From Thermoproteota archaeon (lineage in GTDB: Archaea > Korarchaeota > JAOZGF01 > JAOZFZ01), in the NCBI GenBank assembly GCA_027492035.1, contig JAOZFT010000004.1:480001-544000 (forward strand): a stretch of 64,000 nt of DNA, read 5' to 3'. Below are positions 1 to 10,313 of the stretch, piece by piece. Position 1 is the stretch's first letter. The number at the start of each line of letters is the position of its first letter. Below the pieces are notes generated by a model. That model did not search any database and was not told the origin of the DNA. It was given only the letters and a program-made list of their open reading frames with translations. A program made the translations under genes and the position numbers.

Positions 1-963
1 TAAATTTCTGAATTTAGGAAGTTTCACCGCTAAAGCTACTCCCCCCCTTCTTATTTGGTTCCTTACTATTTTGGAGGCTGTGTTCTTAAAGATGTTTGTT
101 ACCTCTATATAATTCATGGAAATTTCCTCCATGGTTAAGCCCCTCTTTCTTAATTCTTTCCGGATTTTGATAAGTCCTAGTTGCCTTCTTACTTCATTTT
201 TCAGTATTTTAGGTATCAGTTCAAGCCTTTGAACTCCCTTTATTTCCTGTCTTGCCCCCTCCTTTATGCTCACGTTTATGTCTTGCCTTATACTCCCTAA
301 TCCCCTTTGAACCTTATGTGTTGCTCTGAAAATTAATCCCACCTTTTGAGCCACTTCTTTGGCATGTTCAGGGGTTTTTATGTCTGCGGCTGTAGCTACC
401 TCAACTAAAGGTATACCTAACCTATCTAACCTATATTCTGCTTTAGTGGGGGATGAGGAAATTATGAATGCAGATTCTTCCTCTAAAGTTAATGTTTCCA
501 GTTTTACATTTCCCTGTTCTGTATTAATTTTAGACCTTTCTGTACCTAGAGCTATTAATGCTGTCCTTTGGAACCCTGTTGTATTGCTTCCGTCAATAAC
601 TGTTTTTCTCATTACATGTATTTCATCTACAGGTTCCATTTGAAGCATCAAAGAAATCATTAAAGCTATTTCTAATGCTTCCTTGTTAAGCTCATACGGG
701 GGGCATTCATCAGCTTCCACTTCACAATTAACATCTGAATAAACATGGTAAATGAATTCCCTGTTCCTTACCTTTTCGAATTCAGCGGCAGGGTCTATTT
801 CCCCCAGTTCACTCTTGGTAAGTGTCAACTTTCTCAGGAGCTTTATTTCAGCTTCGCGTGTTTGTAACTTTGAAGGACAATTACAGAAAAGTTTAGAAGT
901 GTTAAGTCTCTGATGCCACTCTAAGCCAACCTTTAAACCAATTTTTTCATAATCTATTTGCAT
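1..963 (-). CDS. gatE: Glu-tRNA(Gln) amidotransferase subunit E (runs off left edge of window)
   Basis: Not in ORF track. Manual translation from ATG at 963 gives MQIDYEKIGLKVGLEWHQRLNTSKLFCNCPS and later KTVIDGSNTTGFQRTA, both GatE/GatB motifs; lies directly downstream of gatD. Confidence 0.93.
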   Translation of the reverse strand, partial: MQIDYEKIGLKVGLEWHQRLNTSKLFCNCPSKLQTREAEIKLLRKLTLTKSELGEIDPAAEFEKVRNREFIYHVYSDVNCEVEADECPPYELNKEALEIALMISLMLQMEPVDEIHVMRKTVIDGSNTTGFQRTALIALGTERSKINTEQGNVKLETLTLEEESAFIISSSPTKAEYRLDRLGIPLVEVATAADIKTPEHAKEVAQKVGLIFRATHKVQRGLGSIRQDINVSIKEGARQEIKGVQRLELIPKILKNEVRRQLGLIKIRKELRKRGLTMEEISMNYIEVTNIFKNTASKIVRNQIRRGGVALAVKLPKFRNL

Positions 964-999
964 CTCTCCATTTTCCCTCTATTTCGCCATTTTATGTAT

Positions 1000-2337
1000 T
1001 TATTTGTTGGTTGGAGGGAAATAGCTTAGGGATAAGTGGGAATTTATTTCTCCTGCAACATTCTTTAAAAGATAGCTCTTAACCTCCTCTATGTTTTGGA
1101 AGCGACCTAATCCAATCATTAACTTAACAAGGGCAACTTCTGGCAACATGTCTTCCCCAGGTATAACTCCCAACTTAAGCAGTTCTCTCCCCCTTCGGTA
1201 AACCCTTAAGTTCACTCTGCCATAAAGGCATTGGGAAGTTAGAACCACCACAGTTTTTTCATCTATTGCTCTCTTTATAGGTTGCAGTAGCTGTTTAGGT
1301 ACATGCCCTAAACCTGTTCCAGCTATGACTAATCCCCTATAGTTTTTGTCCAGGTAGAAATCTATTATTTCAGGGTTTATCCCTGGATGTGCCTGGATTA
1401 AACCCACTTTTGTTTCGACTCTAGTATCAGCTTGAGTTTCTTTTTGAGACGCTTGCCGGTAGTTTGTTAAGAAAACCAATTTTTCCTGGTTTACTAGCCC
1501 CAAAATAGATGAATTAACAGGTAAGAATGCATCTCTTCTTGAAGTATGCATCTTTCTTACTTTTGTACCTCTATGAATGACGCAGAAGTTATCTGAAGGG
1601 GTTTGATGCATCACCACCACTACTTCCCCTAACTTGTGGTAAGAAGCAACTCTTACGGATGAGAGGAAGTTTAAGTATGCATCTGTCGATCCTCTATCTG
1701 AGGACCTCTGCGCACCTGTTAAAACCACAGGGCCGCTTAATGTTTCCAGCATGAAACTTAAAGCGGCTGCAGTGTAATGAAGGGTGTCTGTCCCATGTGT
1801 CACTACCACCCCTTTAACTCCGGAATTTAATTCTTGAGATACCGTTTCAGCTATTTTAACCCATAAATGGGGGTCCATATCTTCACTCAGTATGTTAAAT
1901 AGAAGTTTAGTTCTTATTTTAGCTATTCCCTTAACTTCAGGATACTTAAGGAGTAAATCTTTAGCAGTGAATTGGGGATAAACTGCTCCAGTGCTGTAAT
2001 CAACTCTTGAGGCTATTGTGCCTCCTGTACCGATCACAGTCACTTCTGCATTTTCTATGTATTCCTCTCGATATTTTTTGATTTTTTCAACGGTTCTTTT
2101 AATTCCTTGCTTCTTCAAAACCTTGATTTTCTTAATTTTTTGAAGTCTAACACCTAAATTGTAGCCATTACTCAGTTTAATCACAACGTGATTATCATCT
2201 TCAAGCTCAGGTCGAGGAATCAGTATCCCTTCAAGGGTTTGTGTAGAAGTAATTATTTCAATTAAATCAAAATCTTCAATGTTGTTTTGCTTCAGTAATT
2301 TCCTAGCTCTTCCATGATAGTGAAGAGTCATTCCCAA
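1000..2337 (-). CDS. gatD: Glu-tRNA(Gln) amidotransferase subunit D
   Basis: N-terminal KLSNGYNLG domain, asparaginase motifs GTGGTIASRVDY, HGTDT, QRSSDRGS, KMHTSRRDAF. Confidence 0.97.
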   Translation of the reverse strand: MGMTLHYHGRARKLLKQNNIEDFDLIEIITSTQTLEGILIPRPELEDDNHVVIKLSNGYNLGVRLQKIKKIKVLKKQGIKRTVEKIKKYREEYIENAEVTVIGTGGTIASRVDYSTGAVYPQFTAKDLLLKYPEVKGIAKIRTKLLFNILSEDMDPHLWVKIAETVSQELNSGVKGVVVTHGTDTLHYTAAALSFMLETLSGPVVLTGAQRSSDRGSTDAYLNFLSSVRVASYHKLGEVVVVMHQTPSDNFCVIHRGTKVRKMHTSRRDAFLPVNSSILGLVNQEKLVFLTNYRQASQKETQADTRVETKVGLIQAHPGINPEIIDFYLDKNYRGLVIAGTGLGHVPKQLLQPIKRAIDEKTVVVLTSQCLYGRVNLRVYRRGRELLKLGVIPGEDMLPEVALVKLMIGLGRFQNIEEVKSYLLKNVAGEINSHLSLSYFPPTNK

Positions 2338-2516
2338 AACCTTTTTTGAAGGGCAATACTTAACTAAAAAATAATAATCTTTTCTTTTTTTTAAGCTTGA
2401 AACAGCTTTTTTAAAGCAAAATTAACGTTAAAATTTAATTTTCCCTCCCTGTCTATGTAAGGAACGTGGAGAAGAATTTTTAAACTTATGTTTTTATATT
2501 TTGTTCATGATTAAAA

Positions 2517-3419
2517 ATGTACAAGCCAATTTTCGTGTTCCTTTGCTTAAATGGAAACCTGTGTGCGGAAGTAACATATAATACATTGAAAGAATTCTCA
2601 AAAAATTACTCTCTTGGAGATTATTACTCAGTTATGGATTTAGATTTCACAAGTCAACTACTTACCAAAAAAATATACCCTAAGTTAACGATAAAGAATT
2701 TGGTGAACCCTGAGAAATATCCCTCATTAATTAATTACTTAATGGGTAGTTGCGAAGTTGAAGATATTGTTTACTTTTTAAAAGACAGGTTTATAGAGTC
2801 AACTTATTCAAACATTCTCTATGTGTTTCCGGGTTTTCTAAATTTAGACTCATTTCAATTAATCAAGAATAGGAAAGATCTTTCAAAGAAATTAGAGAAA
2901 TTAGTTGGTTTCCTTTCTTTAGAAAGTGAAGTTATTTTTGTCAATCAGCCTATCTTCCTTTCAGAACTTATTTTAAATACTCCACTGCACAATTTTGTTT
3001 ATCTAATACCTGTAATTGATGGAACGGTTGAGTTAAAGATTTTAGAAATGGAAATGGAAGAAAATGAAACTTTTAAACAGGAACACTTCACGTTACTAGG
3101 TTTAGTTTCTTTTTCATCTAATAAAGATGAAGAAAAAAATATGGGGCATACATTGTCTCCCCCTGCCGCCGAATTAGAGAAGACAGGGCTTTTCCCAGTA
3201 ATCAACCATAAAAACCCATATTCATCACTTCTTGCGAGAGAAGTGAAAAATTGTATTGAGAAACCGTTCAAGGAAAAATTGAAGGTTATGGATTTTCTGT
3301 ATAAACTAAAAATTTTAGAAATGGAAAACATTCCTCCCCATAAACCTGCTAAATTAGAGAAGTTTGAAAGTGACTTAATTAAAGAAATAAATACTTTAGA
3401 AGAGATGCTTTCTCGATGA
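2517..3419 (+). CDS. Hypothetical protein, possibly degenerate PAC2/PbaA-like fold
   Basis: 300-aa ORF overlapping the next gene (ATGA); only loose by-eye resemblance to PAC2 family termini. Confidence 0.5.
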   Translation: MYKPIFVFLCLNGNLCAEVTYNTLKEFSKNYSLGDYYSVMDLDFTSQLLTKKIYPKLTIKNLVNPEKYPSLINYLMGSCEVEDIVYFLKDRFIESTYSNILYVFPGFLNLDSFQLIKNRKDLSKKLEKLVGFLSLESEVIFVNQPIFLSELILNTPLHNFVYLIPVIDGTVELKILEMEMEENETFKQEHFTLLGLVSFSSNKDEEKNMGHTLSPPAAELEKTGLFPVINHKNPYSSLLAREVKNCIEKPFKEKLKVMDFLYKLKILEMENIPPHKPAKLEKFESDLIKEINTLEEMLSR

Positions 3420-3862
3420 ATAGGAAAAGATTTAATGAATTGTTCATTTATCAAGCCTTAGCTAATTCAGTAAGGCTAGAAATAGTTAAAGAATTGAGAA
3501 AAGGTGCCAAAACCAAGAAAAACTTAGTAAACAGTTTAGCTAAACATAATCTGAACTACTCGAAATTGACTCATCACCTAAGCAAACTAAAGAAAGCAGG
3601 TATAGTAGGTGAAACCTCCTTTATAAGGAACGGTAAAGAAGAGAATTTTGTTTATCTCAAAAAAGATATAAAATTGACTCTGCAACCCTTAGAAGAGCCC
3701 CTAATTAATTTACCTCTACTCAAGACAATAAACGAAATGTTGTTAGTGGTTAAGAAAATAAGGGAACAACTTGAAAAAGGTACTTTACCCAAAGAGGTAG
3801 GCAGAGTTAACTTAAATAAAATCAAGAAAATGTATATTCGTTTAAGAGAAGGCTTATGTTAA
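3416..3862 (+). CDS. ArsR/SmtB-type winged-helix regulator with C-terminal helical extension
   Basis: ALANSVRLEIVKEL...SKLTHHLSKLKKAGIV is the ArsR wHTH pattern. Confidence 0.8.
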   Translation: MNRKRFNELFIYQALANSVRLEIVKELRKGAKTKKNLVNSLAKHNLNYSKLTHHLSKLKKAGIVGETSFIRNGKEENFVYLKKDIKLTLQPLEEPLINLPLLKTINEMLLVVKKIREQLEKGTLPKEVGRVNLNKIKKMYIRLREGLC

Positions 3863-3895
3863 ATTCTCGTTAAAACTATAAAAAAGGGCTGAAGC

Positions 3896-5077
3896 TTAAA
3901 AGGCAATTGTAAAAATGTATGGGATTGCAATAAACAACTTAAAAATTGACTTCCTCATCAGGAAATAAGGAGAAAAAGACTTCTTAAATAAGTGAAACAA
4001 AAGTTTCTCTTGTGAATCAATATCCCATAAATTAATGATTTCACTTTCTGATTCCTTGATCCTCTGAAAAAAGCGTTCCAGCTCATTGGGTAAATAGTTC
4101 TCGAAAACTGTCCTTCCAATTAGTCCAATTCTTATTTTGTTCAACAAAAATTTCCTCCATTCTTTCTCATAAAGTGTTAATCTCTTGTTTTCTTCTAAAA
4201 ACATAACTATATTTTTTGCAGCAATTTTTGCAGCACTTACCCCAAAAAAAATCCCCCCAAAACTTAATGGCTTATTTTGACCAGCAGCGTCACCTACTAA
4301 CAACGTTCTACCTTTTACTGTTTTTCTCCTAGGTTTTGTTGGTAAAAACCATGTAGAGAAACGTCTTGTCGTTAATTTCTTGTTTAAAGCCTCCTTTCTC
4401 AATAAATTCCTAACTGAACCAAAATTTATGTTTAAAGGGAAAACAATACCCACTTTAACTTCCTTGGGGGAAGGGATAATCCAATAAAAAGTGTTTATTG
4501 AACCCAGCCTTAAAAAATGGACTTCGACGGAATCAAGGTCAGAAACGGGCCCTGCAATTAATTGCAAACCGAAACGAACAGGTAAAGGGGGAAAACCAAA
4601 AATTTTAGCTACTTTCGATAACGCACCATCAGCCCCGACTATAACTCTCCCTCTAAACCTTCTTCTGAGACCTGAGTAGGTTTTACAAATTATCTCTGGA
4701 GGCTGAAGTTTCGAGTAAGCTACACACCTAGTTGATTTATATGGAGAGACACCTGTTTCCACTGCTGAAGCACATATTCCTTTGTCAAATACCGACCTGT
4801 CAACCACGTACCCTGTGAATTTAGGAATTTCAATTTCTTCCCCTTTAAATGAAAAAATTTTGAAGGAAGAAACCTTTTCAATAATTGAATGGGAAGGTTT
4901 AATAGGTAAAGAATCCCAGGCCCTTTTTCCAAGCAATCCCGCACAATGGACAGGGATCCCTATCTCCCTATGTTCCTCAATCAAAGCTACATTGTATCCT
5001 TTCTTAGAAAGCAAATAAGATAATGTGGAACCTACTGGTCCCCCTCCTACAATCACTATATCAAAAGAATCCGGCAA
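3896..5077 (-). CDS. Geranylgeranyl reductase family FAD oxidoreductase
   Basis: VGGGPVG Rossmann motif, PVHCAG, DRSVFD, GADG, LLVGDAAGQ..P..FGGI. Confidence 0.88.
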   Translation of the reverse strand: MPDSFDIVIVGGGPVGSTLSYLLSKKGYNVALIEEHREIGIPVHCAGLLGKRAWDSLPIKPSHSIIEKVSSFKIFSFKGEEIEIPKFTGYVVDRSVFDKGICASAVETGVSPYKSTRCVAYSKLQPPEIICKTYSGLRRRFRGRVIVGADGALSKVAKIFGFPPLPVRFGLQLIAGPVSDLDSVEVHFLRLGSINTFYWIIPSPKEVKVGIVFPLNINFGSVRNLLRKEALNKKLTTRRFSTWFLPTKPRRKTVKGRTLLVGDAAGQNKPLSFGGIFFGVSAAKIAAKNIVMFLEENKRLTLYEKEWRKFLLNKIRIGLIGRTVFENYLPNELERFFQRIKESESEIINLWDIDSQEKLLFHLFKKSFSPYFLMRKSIFKLFIAIPYIFTIAF

Positions 5078-5098
5078 GTTCCATCACAGGTAATAATG

Positions 5099-5740
5099 TT
5101 AATCCCAAGGTGAGGAAATAAAAATTACCTTAAACGGTGAAAACGCCTTATTCTTTCTTAAATAGCCCTCTTTCTCTAGTTCCTTAATTTTTTTAGACAC
5201 GGTTCCTGGACTTACATTTAGTTTAAAAGCTATTTCAGCGACAGTCATTGGTTTTTCTTTCACTAAATCAAGAATTTTGAACTTTACATCCTTTACCTCT
5301 TGAGTTAGAAAGTGATGGATAAAGTTATTTTTTTCAACAAGTTTTTTTGTTAACAACTGAACATCTCTACTTTTCAACAAATCTTTAGTATCAATTGATA
5401 CTTTGATAGGCTTAATTTCATTCCTTAATTCAGATGCTTCTTTTAGAGATTTAATTTCCTCTTTTAACTTTTTATTTGATAATTCATAATCTTCAATTGT
5501 TAGACTTATTATTTCGGTTAATTTTTCACTTATTTCATCCAAGATTTCGTCAATAAAGGCGAATAGCACCTTCTTTAGAATTTCCCATTCATTCTTCGAT
5601 AACCCTATCCTTCTCCTCAAAATTTTTAATTTGTCGCTGAAACTTTCTTTCTCTTCAGATCTAAGTTTCAAAAGTAAATTATCTAACCTTGCAAAGGCTT
5701 TCCCGGACTCTGTTAATTTAGACACTTTCTTAATCCCCAC
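5099..5740 (-). CDS. Coiled-coil protein with C-terminal winged helix-turn-helix
   Basis: KILDLVKEKPMTVAEIAFKLNVSPGTVSKKIKELEKEGYL is a wHTH; N-terminal two thirds are helical and charged. Confidence 0.7.
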   Translation of the reverse strand: MGIKKVSKLTESGKAFARLDNLLLKLRSEEKESFSDKLKILRRRIGLSKNEWEILKKVLFAFIDEILDEISEKLTEIISLTIEDYELSNKKLKEEIKSLKEASELRNEIKPIKVSIDTKDLLKSRDVQLLTKKLVEKNNFIHHFLTQEVKDVKFKILDLVKEKPMTVAEIAFKLNVSPGTVSKKIKELEKEGYLRKNKAFSPFKVIFISSPWD

Positions 5741-6329
5741 TCTTTTTAATCTTCACTAACTCATTACATTCTTCACAAAAAAAGTTCTTTTCAAATTTGT
5801 TTTCACTCACCAATTTTTTTAAAGGATGCCCCAGACGGCAAACATAACCCACTAACCTGGCAGGGTTACCTATGACTAAACCGTTAGCAGGAATGTTTTT
5901 AGTCACTACTGAACCTGCTCCCACCATGCTGTAACTACCTATCTCCACGCCACAAACCAAAACTGAACCTGCACCTATGGAAGCTCCCTTCTTAATTCTT
6001 GTCGGAATAATTCTCCACTCTTTATTAAATGCCCTGGGGTACTTGTCGTTGGTTGAAACAACATGTGGACCTATGAACACATCATCATCAACAATTACTC
6101 CTCTATAAAGAGAAACAAAATTTTGGATCTTAACGTTATTCCCTATTTTCACGTCACAATCTATGTACACTCCCTTACCTATGTTACAGTTCTTACCGAT
6201 TTCAGCTCCTTCCCTTACATGGGCAAAGTGCCAAATCCTTGTTCCCTCCCCTATTTTAACATTCTCCTCTACCACTGCGGTAGGATGTACATAAATTCTG
6301 GACTTATTAAACTTAGACGTAGTCCCCAC
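5730..6329 (-). CDS. Hexapeptide-repeat N-acetyltransferase (WbpD/WlbB-like)
   Basis: VHPTAVV, IWHFAHV, IGKNCNIG, KIQNFVS, TNDKYPR, GNPAR; C-terminal Cys pairs. Confidence 0.88.
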   Translation of the reverse strand: MGTTSKFNKSRIYVHPTAVVEENVKIGEGTRIWHFAHVREGAEIGKNCNIGKGVYIDCDVKIGNNVKIQNFVSLYRGVIVDDDVFIGPHVVSTNDKYPRAFNKEWRIIPTRIKKGASIGAGSVLVCGVEIGSYSMVGAGSVVTKNIPANGLVIGNPARLVGYVCRLGHPLKKLVSENKFEKNFFCEECNELVKIKKSGD

Positions 6330-6990
6330 CTACTAAAACACTTAAATCTTCCAGTAACTTACGTTTTAAAACCAATGCAATAACTAAACCTGCTAAAAAG
6401 CCTCCTATGTGTGCCCAATAAGCTACTCCCGATTGTTCACCTAAAAGAATCAAAATAAACTGGTAGAAAAACCAGAACAGAATAAATGTTTTTGCACTTA
6501 CTCTGGTGAAAGTGTAACCCCACCCTAAGTAAACTAGTGAAACTATTCTTGCGCGGGGATAAAGGACAAGATAAGCACCTAAAACACCACTTATAGCTCC
6601 ACTTGCTCCAATAGTAGGTATTTTTGATGAAACATTAAGTATAAAATGAGTTAAAGCAGCTAGCACTCCACAAAACAGATAAAAAACTAGAAAAGGAATT
6701 CTTCTAAAAGCCGCTTCCACGTTGTCGCCGAAAATGTAAAGGTAAACCATGTTCCCCATTATGTGAAAAAAGCCTCCATGAAGAAACATACTAGTTACTA
6801 AAGAATACAAATGCTCAAAAGGAGCTTCTGAAAATAAATAAGGGACAAAGCCAAACAGGTAAACAAAATATAAATTTTTTGGAGGCTGCAAAAGCAACTG
6901 ATAAATAAACACAACCACATTAATAACTATCAAAGAAAGAGTAACAACTGGTTTAATACCTGTTCTGTTCTCATCATATATAGGGATCAC
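6313..6990 (-). CDS. Rhomboid family intramembrane serine protease
   Basis: TSMFLHGGFFHIMGNM, GASGAISG (catalytic Ser), AHIGG (catalytic His). Confidence 0.95.
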   Translation of the reverse strand: MIPIYDENRTGIKPVVTLSLIVINVVVFIYQLLLQPPKNLYFVYLFGFVPYLFSEAPFEHLYSLVTSMFLHGGFFHIMGNMVYLYIFGDNVEAAFRRIPFLVFYLFCGVLAALTHFILNVSSKIPTIGASGAISGVLGAYLVLYPRARIVSLVYLGWGYTFTRVSAKTFILFWFFYQFILILLGEQSGVAYWAHIGGFLAGLVIALVLKRKLLEDLSVLVGGDYV

Positions 6991-7189
6991 TCCCCTTTCC
7001 CTCTAACTTACCTCCCAAACAAGTTCTCTAAGGAGTTTCTTTGCTAAATTCTTTCACCTTTCTTGGTTGCGATACTTTTAAAAGATTATTCTTCCTTAAA
7101 AATAATTAGTTATTTCATGTTTAAAGGTTTTCAATATATCTTTAACTGAGAAAGGTTAGACCCCTTATAAATGCTAAAGTGCATAAGCT

Positions 7190-8098
7190 ATGCTCTCAAG
7201 CATGGAAAAAAATGTAAGAGAAATACAGGAAAAATACGGTGTTGTAGGAAGAAGTAAAGAATTGAAAGCTGCACTGCTTACTATCCTGAAAGGGAAACAT
7301 TTATTAATAGAGGGAGATGTAGGGGTTGGTAAAACCACTCTCGCAATGGCTATTTCAAACTACTTAAAAAGGCCTCTCTACAGGATTGACGCTTCAGAAG
7401 TTTTCGATTCAACAAAATTAATTGGGTGGTTTGATCCTCCCCTCGTTCTAAAGAAGGGATACTGCTGGGAAAGCTTTATTAAAGGCCCCTTAACTGAAGC
7501 AATGCTTAAAGGAGGCATCCTTTTCATAAATGAAATAAATAGGTTACCTGAGGATACCCAAAATGTTTTATTGCCTGTGATGGATGAAAAGAAACTGGTT
7601 ATTCCTAAACTTGGAGATATTGAATCCAAGAAAGGCTTTGTAGTGGTTGCTACACAAAACCCTGAAGCCTATATCGGAGCTACTTTGATAGGGGAGGCTT
7701 TAAAGGATAGGTTTGTTTGGTTAAAGCTTAATTACCAAAGTGAAGATGAGGAGGTGGAAATAGTTAAACAGAAAGTAAGTAAACAAGGCGAGCCATTCAA
7801 TGAGGAAGTGGTAAGAACAGCTGTACGGATAGTTAGAAAAACAAGGGAACATAAAGGCATTGAAAGAGGTTCTTCAATTAGAGGAGCTATAGACTTAGCT
7901 GAAATAGTTCTTGATGAATTCAAGAATGGACCGTTAACCATCGATCAATGGGTGGAAGCAAGCGTAATGGCTTTGTCAACCAAAATCGAAATAAAGGAGT
8001 CCTTGAACAAGTCTGCCGCTGACTTAATAAAAGAAATCGTGTTGGATGAATTAGGGCTTAAGAAACAAGAAACCCGTTTTTTATGGAAAAACCCTTAA
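7190..8098 (+). CDS. MoxR family AAA+ ATPase
   Basis: Walker A GDVGVGKT, Walker B variant LFINEINR, ATQNP, ALKDRF. Confidence 0.9.
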   Translation: MLSSMEKNVREIQEKYGVVGRSKELKAALLTILKGKHLLIEGDVGVGKTTLAMAISNYLKRPLYRIDASEVFDSTKLIGWFDPPLVLKKGYCWESFIKGPLTEAMLKGGILFINEINRLPEDTQNVLLPVMDEKKLVIPKLGDIESKKGFVVVATQNPEAYIGATLIGEALKDRFVWLKLNYQSEDEEVEIVKQKVSKQGEPFNEEVVRTAVRIVRKTREHKGIERGSSIRGAIDLAEIVLDEFKNGPLTIDQWVEASVMALSTKIEIKESLNKSAADLIKEIVLDELGLKKQETRFLWKNP

Positions 8099-9129
8099 AG
8101 AAAACTGTAGAGGAAGAAGTCTCGACCCGTAACTATTTAGGTTCAGTACTGGAAACAAAAAGTTTATTGCAAGAAAGTGTGTTATCAAGTACCTCCTTTC
8201 CAAGGCTAAATTTCAGTGAAGCAAAGGAACTAGCTGAAAACTATCTGAAAAATCTGGAGATAAAGAACCTTATAGAAGTGACAAAGCTTAATATGTTTGC
8301 AGTGTCAAAGATTTTTGAGGAAGATGCTTCATTCACCTTCCTGGAGAAAGAAGCTGAAAAAGGAAACTTAGACATAGTTACTCTCTTCTTACTTTTAAGG
8401 AGTGAATTAAGGGGTGACTTGCTTGAAAAATTCAGAAACATAGCTGTTAAAACAGTGATCCAAGGTTCTTTTAAAGTTTTGTGCAAAGAAAGAGGTAAAA
8501 TAAAGAAAAATGTTAAATACAAGCCAGGCAAAACAGATTTTGATGAAGAGAAAACGCTAGAGAATGCATTAGTTAAGGAAGTGTTAGGTTACGAAGACAT
8601 AGTGGGCTTAGATAAAAGGAAGAAAATAAGTGGCGGAGTTGTTCTCTTGGATGTAAGCGGCTCTATGCATGGAAACAAAATAGTTAACGCTGCCTTAATA
8701 GCTTCTGTAGTAACCCATCAACTTAAATCAAGTGAATTAGGGCTTGTTGTTTTCAGTGAAAAAAGCGAAGTTGTTAAGGGGGTGAAAGAGAAAAAGCCCC
8801 TAATCAAAATTATCTCTGAAATTTTAAGTTTGAAACCTATAGGTTACACTAACATAGAAAATGTACTCTTAACCGGTCTAGTTGAACTTAGTAAGATTAA
8901 AAAAAGAGATAAGTGGGGCCTTTTAATCACTGATGGGCTTTATAACCGAGGAAAGCCTCCTTACAGCGTTGCGAAACAATACCCTAAGCTCCACGTAATT
9001 TACACTCATGGTAAACAAGACTGGGGAAGAAAAACATGTATACGCTTGGCAAACTTAGGCAAAGGAAAATTTGCGTCAGTAACTAAAACCAACGAAATAG
9101 TTAAAGAAATAAGGAAAATGTTTAAGTAA
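8083..9129 (+). CDS. von Willebrand factor A domain protein (MoxR partner)
   Basis: MIDAS motif DVSGSM, GYTNI, LITDG; overlaps the MoxR gene. Confidence 0.88.
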   Translation: MEKPLKKTVEEEVSTRNYLGSVLETKSLLQESVLSSTSFPRLNFSEAKELAENYLKNLEIKNLIEVTKLNMFAVSKIFEEDASFTFLEKEAEKGNLDIVTLFLLLRSELRGDLLEKFRNIAVKTVIQGSFKVLCKERGKIKKNVKYKPGKTDFDEEKTLENALVKEVLGYEDIVGLDKRKKISGGVVLLDVSGSMHGNKIVNAALIASVVTHQLKSSELGLVVFSEKSEVVKGVKEKKPLIKIISEILSLKPIGYTNIENVLLTGLVELSKIKKRDKWGLLITDGLYNRGKPPYSVAKQYPKLHVIYTHGKQDWGRKTCIRLANLGKGKFASVTKTNEIVKEIRKMFK

Positions 9130-9147
9130 TTATTCCTCCTAGCCTCA

Positions 9148-10263
9148 CTAAAACTTTTTCAGAAAATTTTTGACTTTTTCTGCGATGAAGAGAACCTGCT
9201 CCTTTGAAACTTCAGGATGTACAGGCAACTGCAAAATTCTTGAAGAGACATTTACTGTGTTTTTTAATTCCTTAGGAATCTTAGATCTTTTTTTAAAGAA
9301 ATCAATTGTGTGAAGGGGTTTCTCATAATATTTGCCTACCCCTACCCCCTCTCCTCTTAACTTTTTAAAGAGGAAATCTCTTAATCGGTTATCTTTAACT
9401 TTTAGGGTGTAAAGGTACCATGCGTGAGAAATATAGCTTGGAACAAAGGGAACATCAAGAGCTTCGGTTTCTTCCAACTCTTCAGTAAAAAGTGAAGCGT
9501 TTTCTCTTCTGCGACTTAATATTTTAGGGAGTTTAAGTGTTTGTACATAACCTAAAGCTGCAGATAACTCACTTAAATGGTAATTATGACCGATCATTAC
9601 AGTTAAATAAGGTTCCTTTTCTCCATGGGACCTAATCATTTTTATCTTCTCAAAATATTCTTCACGGTTGGTAATACACATTCCTCCTTCGCCGCAAGTA
9701 ATATTTTTTGTTGCATAGAAACTGAAGCATTCGATGTCTGCAGTATTGCCTATTTTAACCCCCCTATACTCTGCTCCATGGGCCTGTGCAGCATCTCCAA
9801 TAACTACTAAATTATTTTCTTCAGCAAATTCCCTTATTTCATTCATTTCAGATGGTAAACCATAAAGATGGACTGGTATAACAGCCTTAGTTTTCTTTGT
9901 AACAAGTTCTTTAAGTTGTGAAGGGTCTATACAGTAGGTTTTGGGGTTGATATCTGCAAAGATGGGCGTAGCACCGGTAAGGAGCACCGCCTCAGCTGTA
10001 GCTGAAAAAGTAAAGGATGGCACAATTACTTCGTCTCCTCTCTTGATTCCTGCACTTAACAAAGCTGCGTGAAGGGCTGATGTTCCTGAATTCAATGCAA
10101 CAGCGTATTTTGCTCCCACAAACTTTCTAAAAGCCTCCTCAAATTTTTGGACATAAGGGCCGCTTCCTGTTTTATGTGTTAATATTTTGCTTTCGAGGAC
10201 TTTAATTACTTCCTTCTTTTCTTCATCTCCTATGACGGGAATGTTTATGGGTATCTCTTTCAC
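9148..10263 (-). CDS. DegT/DnrJ/EryC1/StrS PLP-dependent sugar aminotransferase
   Basis: NSGTSALH, PVHLYG, DAAQAHGA, SFYATKNITCGEGG (PLP Lys). Confidence 0.95.
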   Translation of the reverse strand: MKEIPINIPVIGDEEKKEVIKVLESKILTHKTGSGPYVQKFEEAFRKFVGAKYAVALNSGTSALHAALLSAGIKRGDEVIVPSFTFSATAEAVLLTGATPIFADINPKTYCIDPSQLKELVTKKTKAVIPVHLYGLPSEMNEIREFAEENNLVVIGDAAQAHGAEYRGVKIGNTADIECFSFYATKNITCGEGGMCITNREEYFEKIKMIRSHGEKEPYLTVMIGHNYHLSELSAALGYVQTLKLPKILSRRRENASLFTEELEETEALDVPFVPSYISHAWYLYTLKVKDNRLRDFLFKKLRGEGVGVGKYYEKPLHTIDFFKKRSKIPKELKNTVNVSSRILQLPVHPEVSKEQVLFIAEKVKNFLKKF

Positions 10264-10313
10264 TTTTTCCCACTCCTTCCTGGAAGATTTAAGGGAGGAT
10301 GGTATCCACCTAT

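Noticed and set aside
359-643. 94-aa + strand ORF
   Set aside because: Antisense shadow of gatE, which the track missed because it runs off the window
8080-8100. Programmed frameshift fusing MoxR and vWA
   Set aside because: GAAAAAC is not a canonical slippery heptamer, and vWA has its own ATG in an ordinary short overlap
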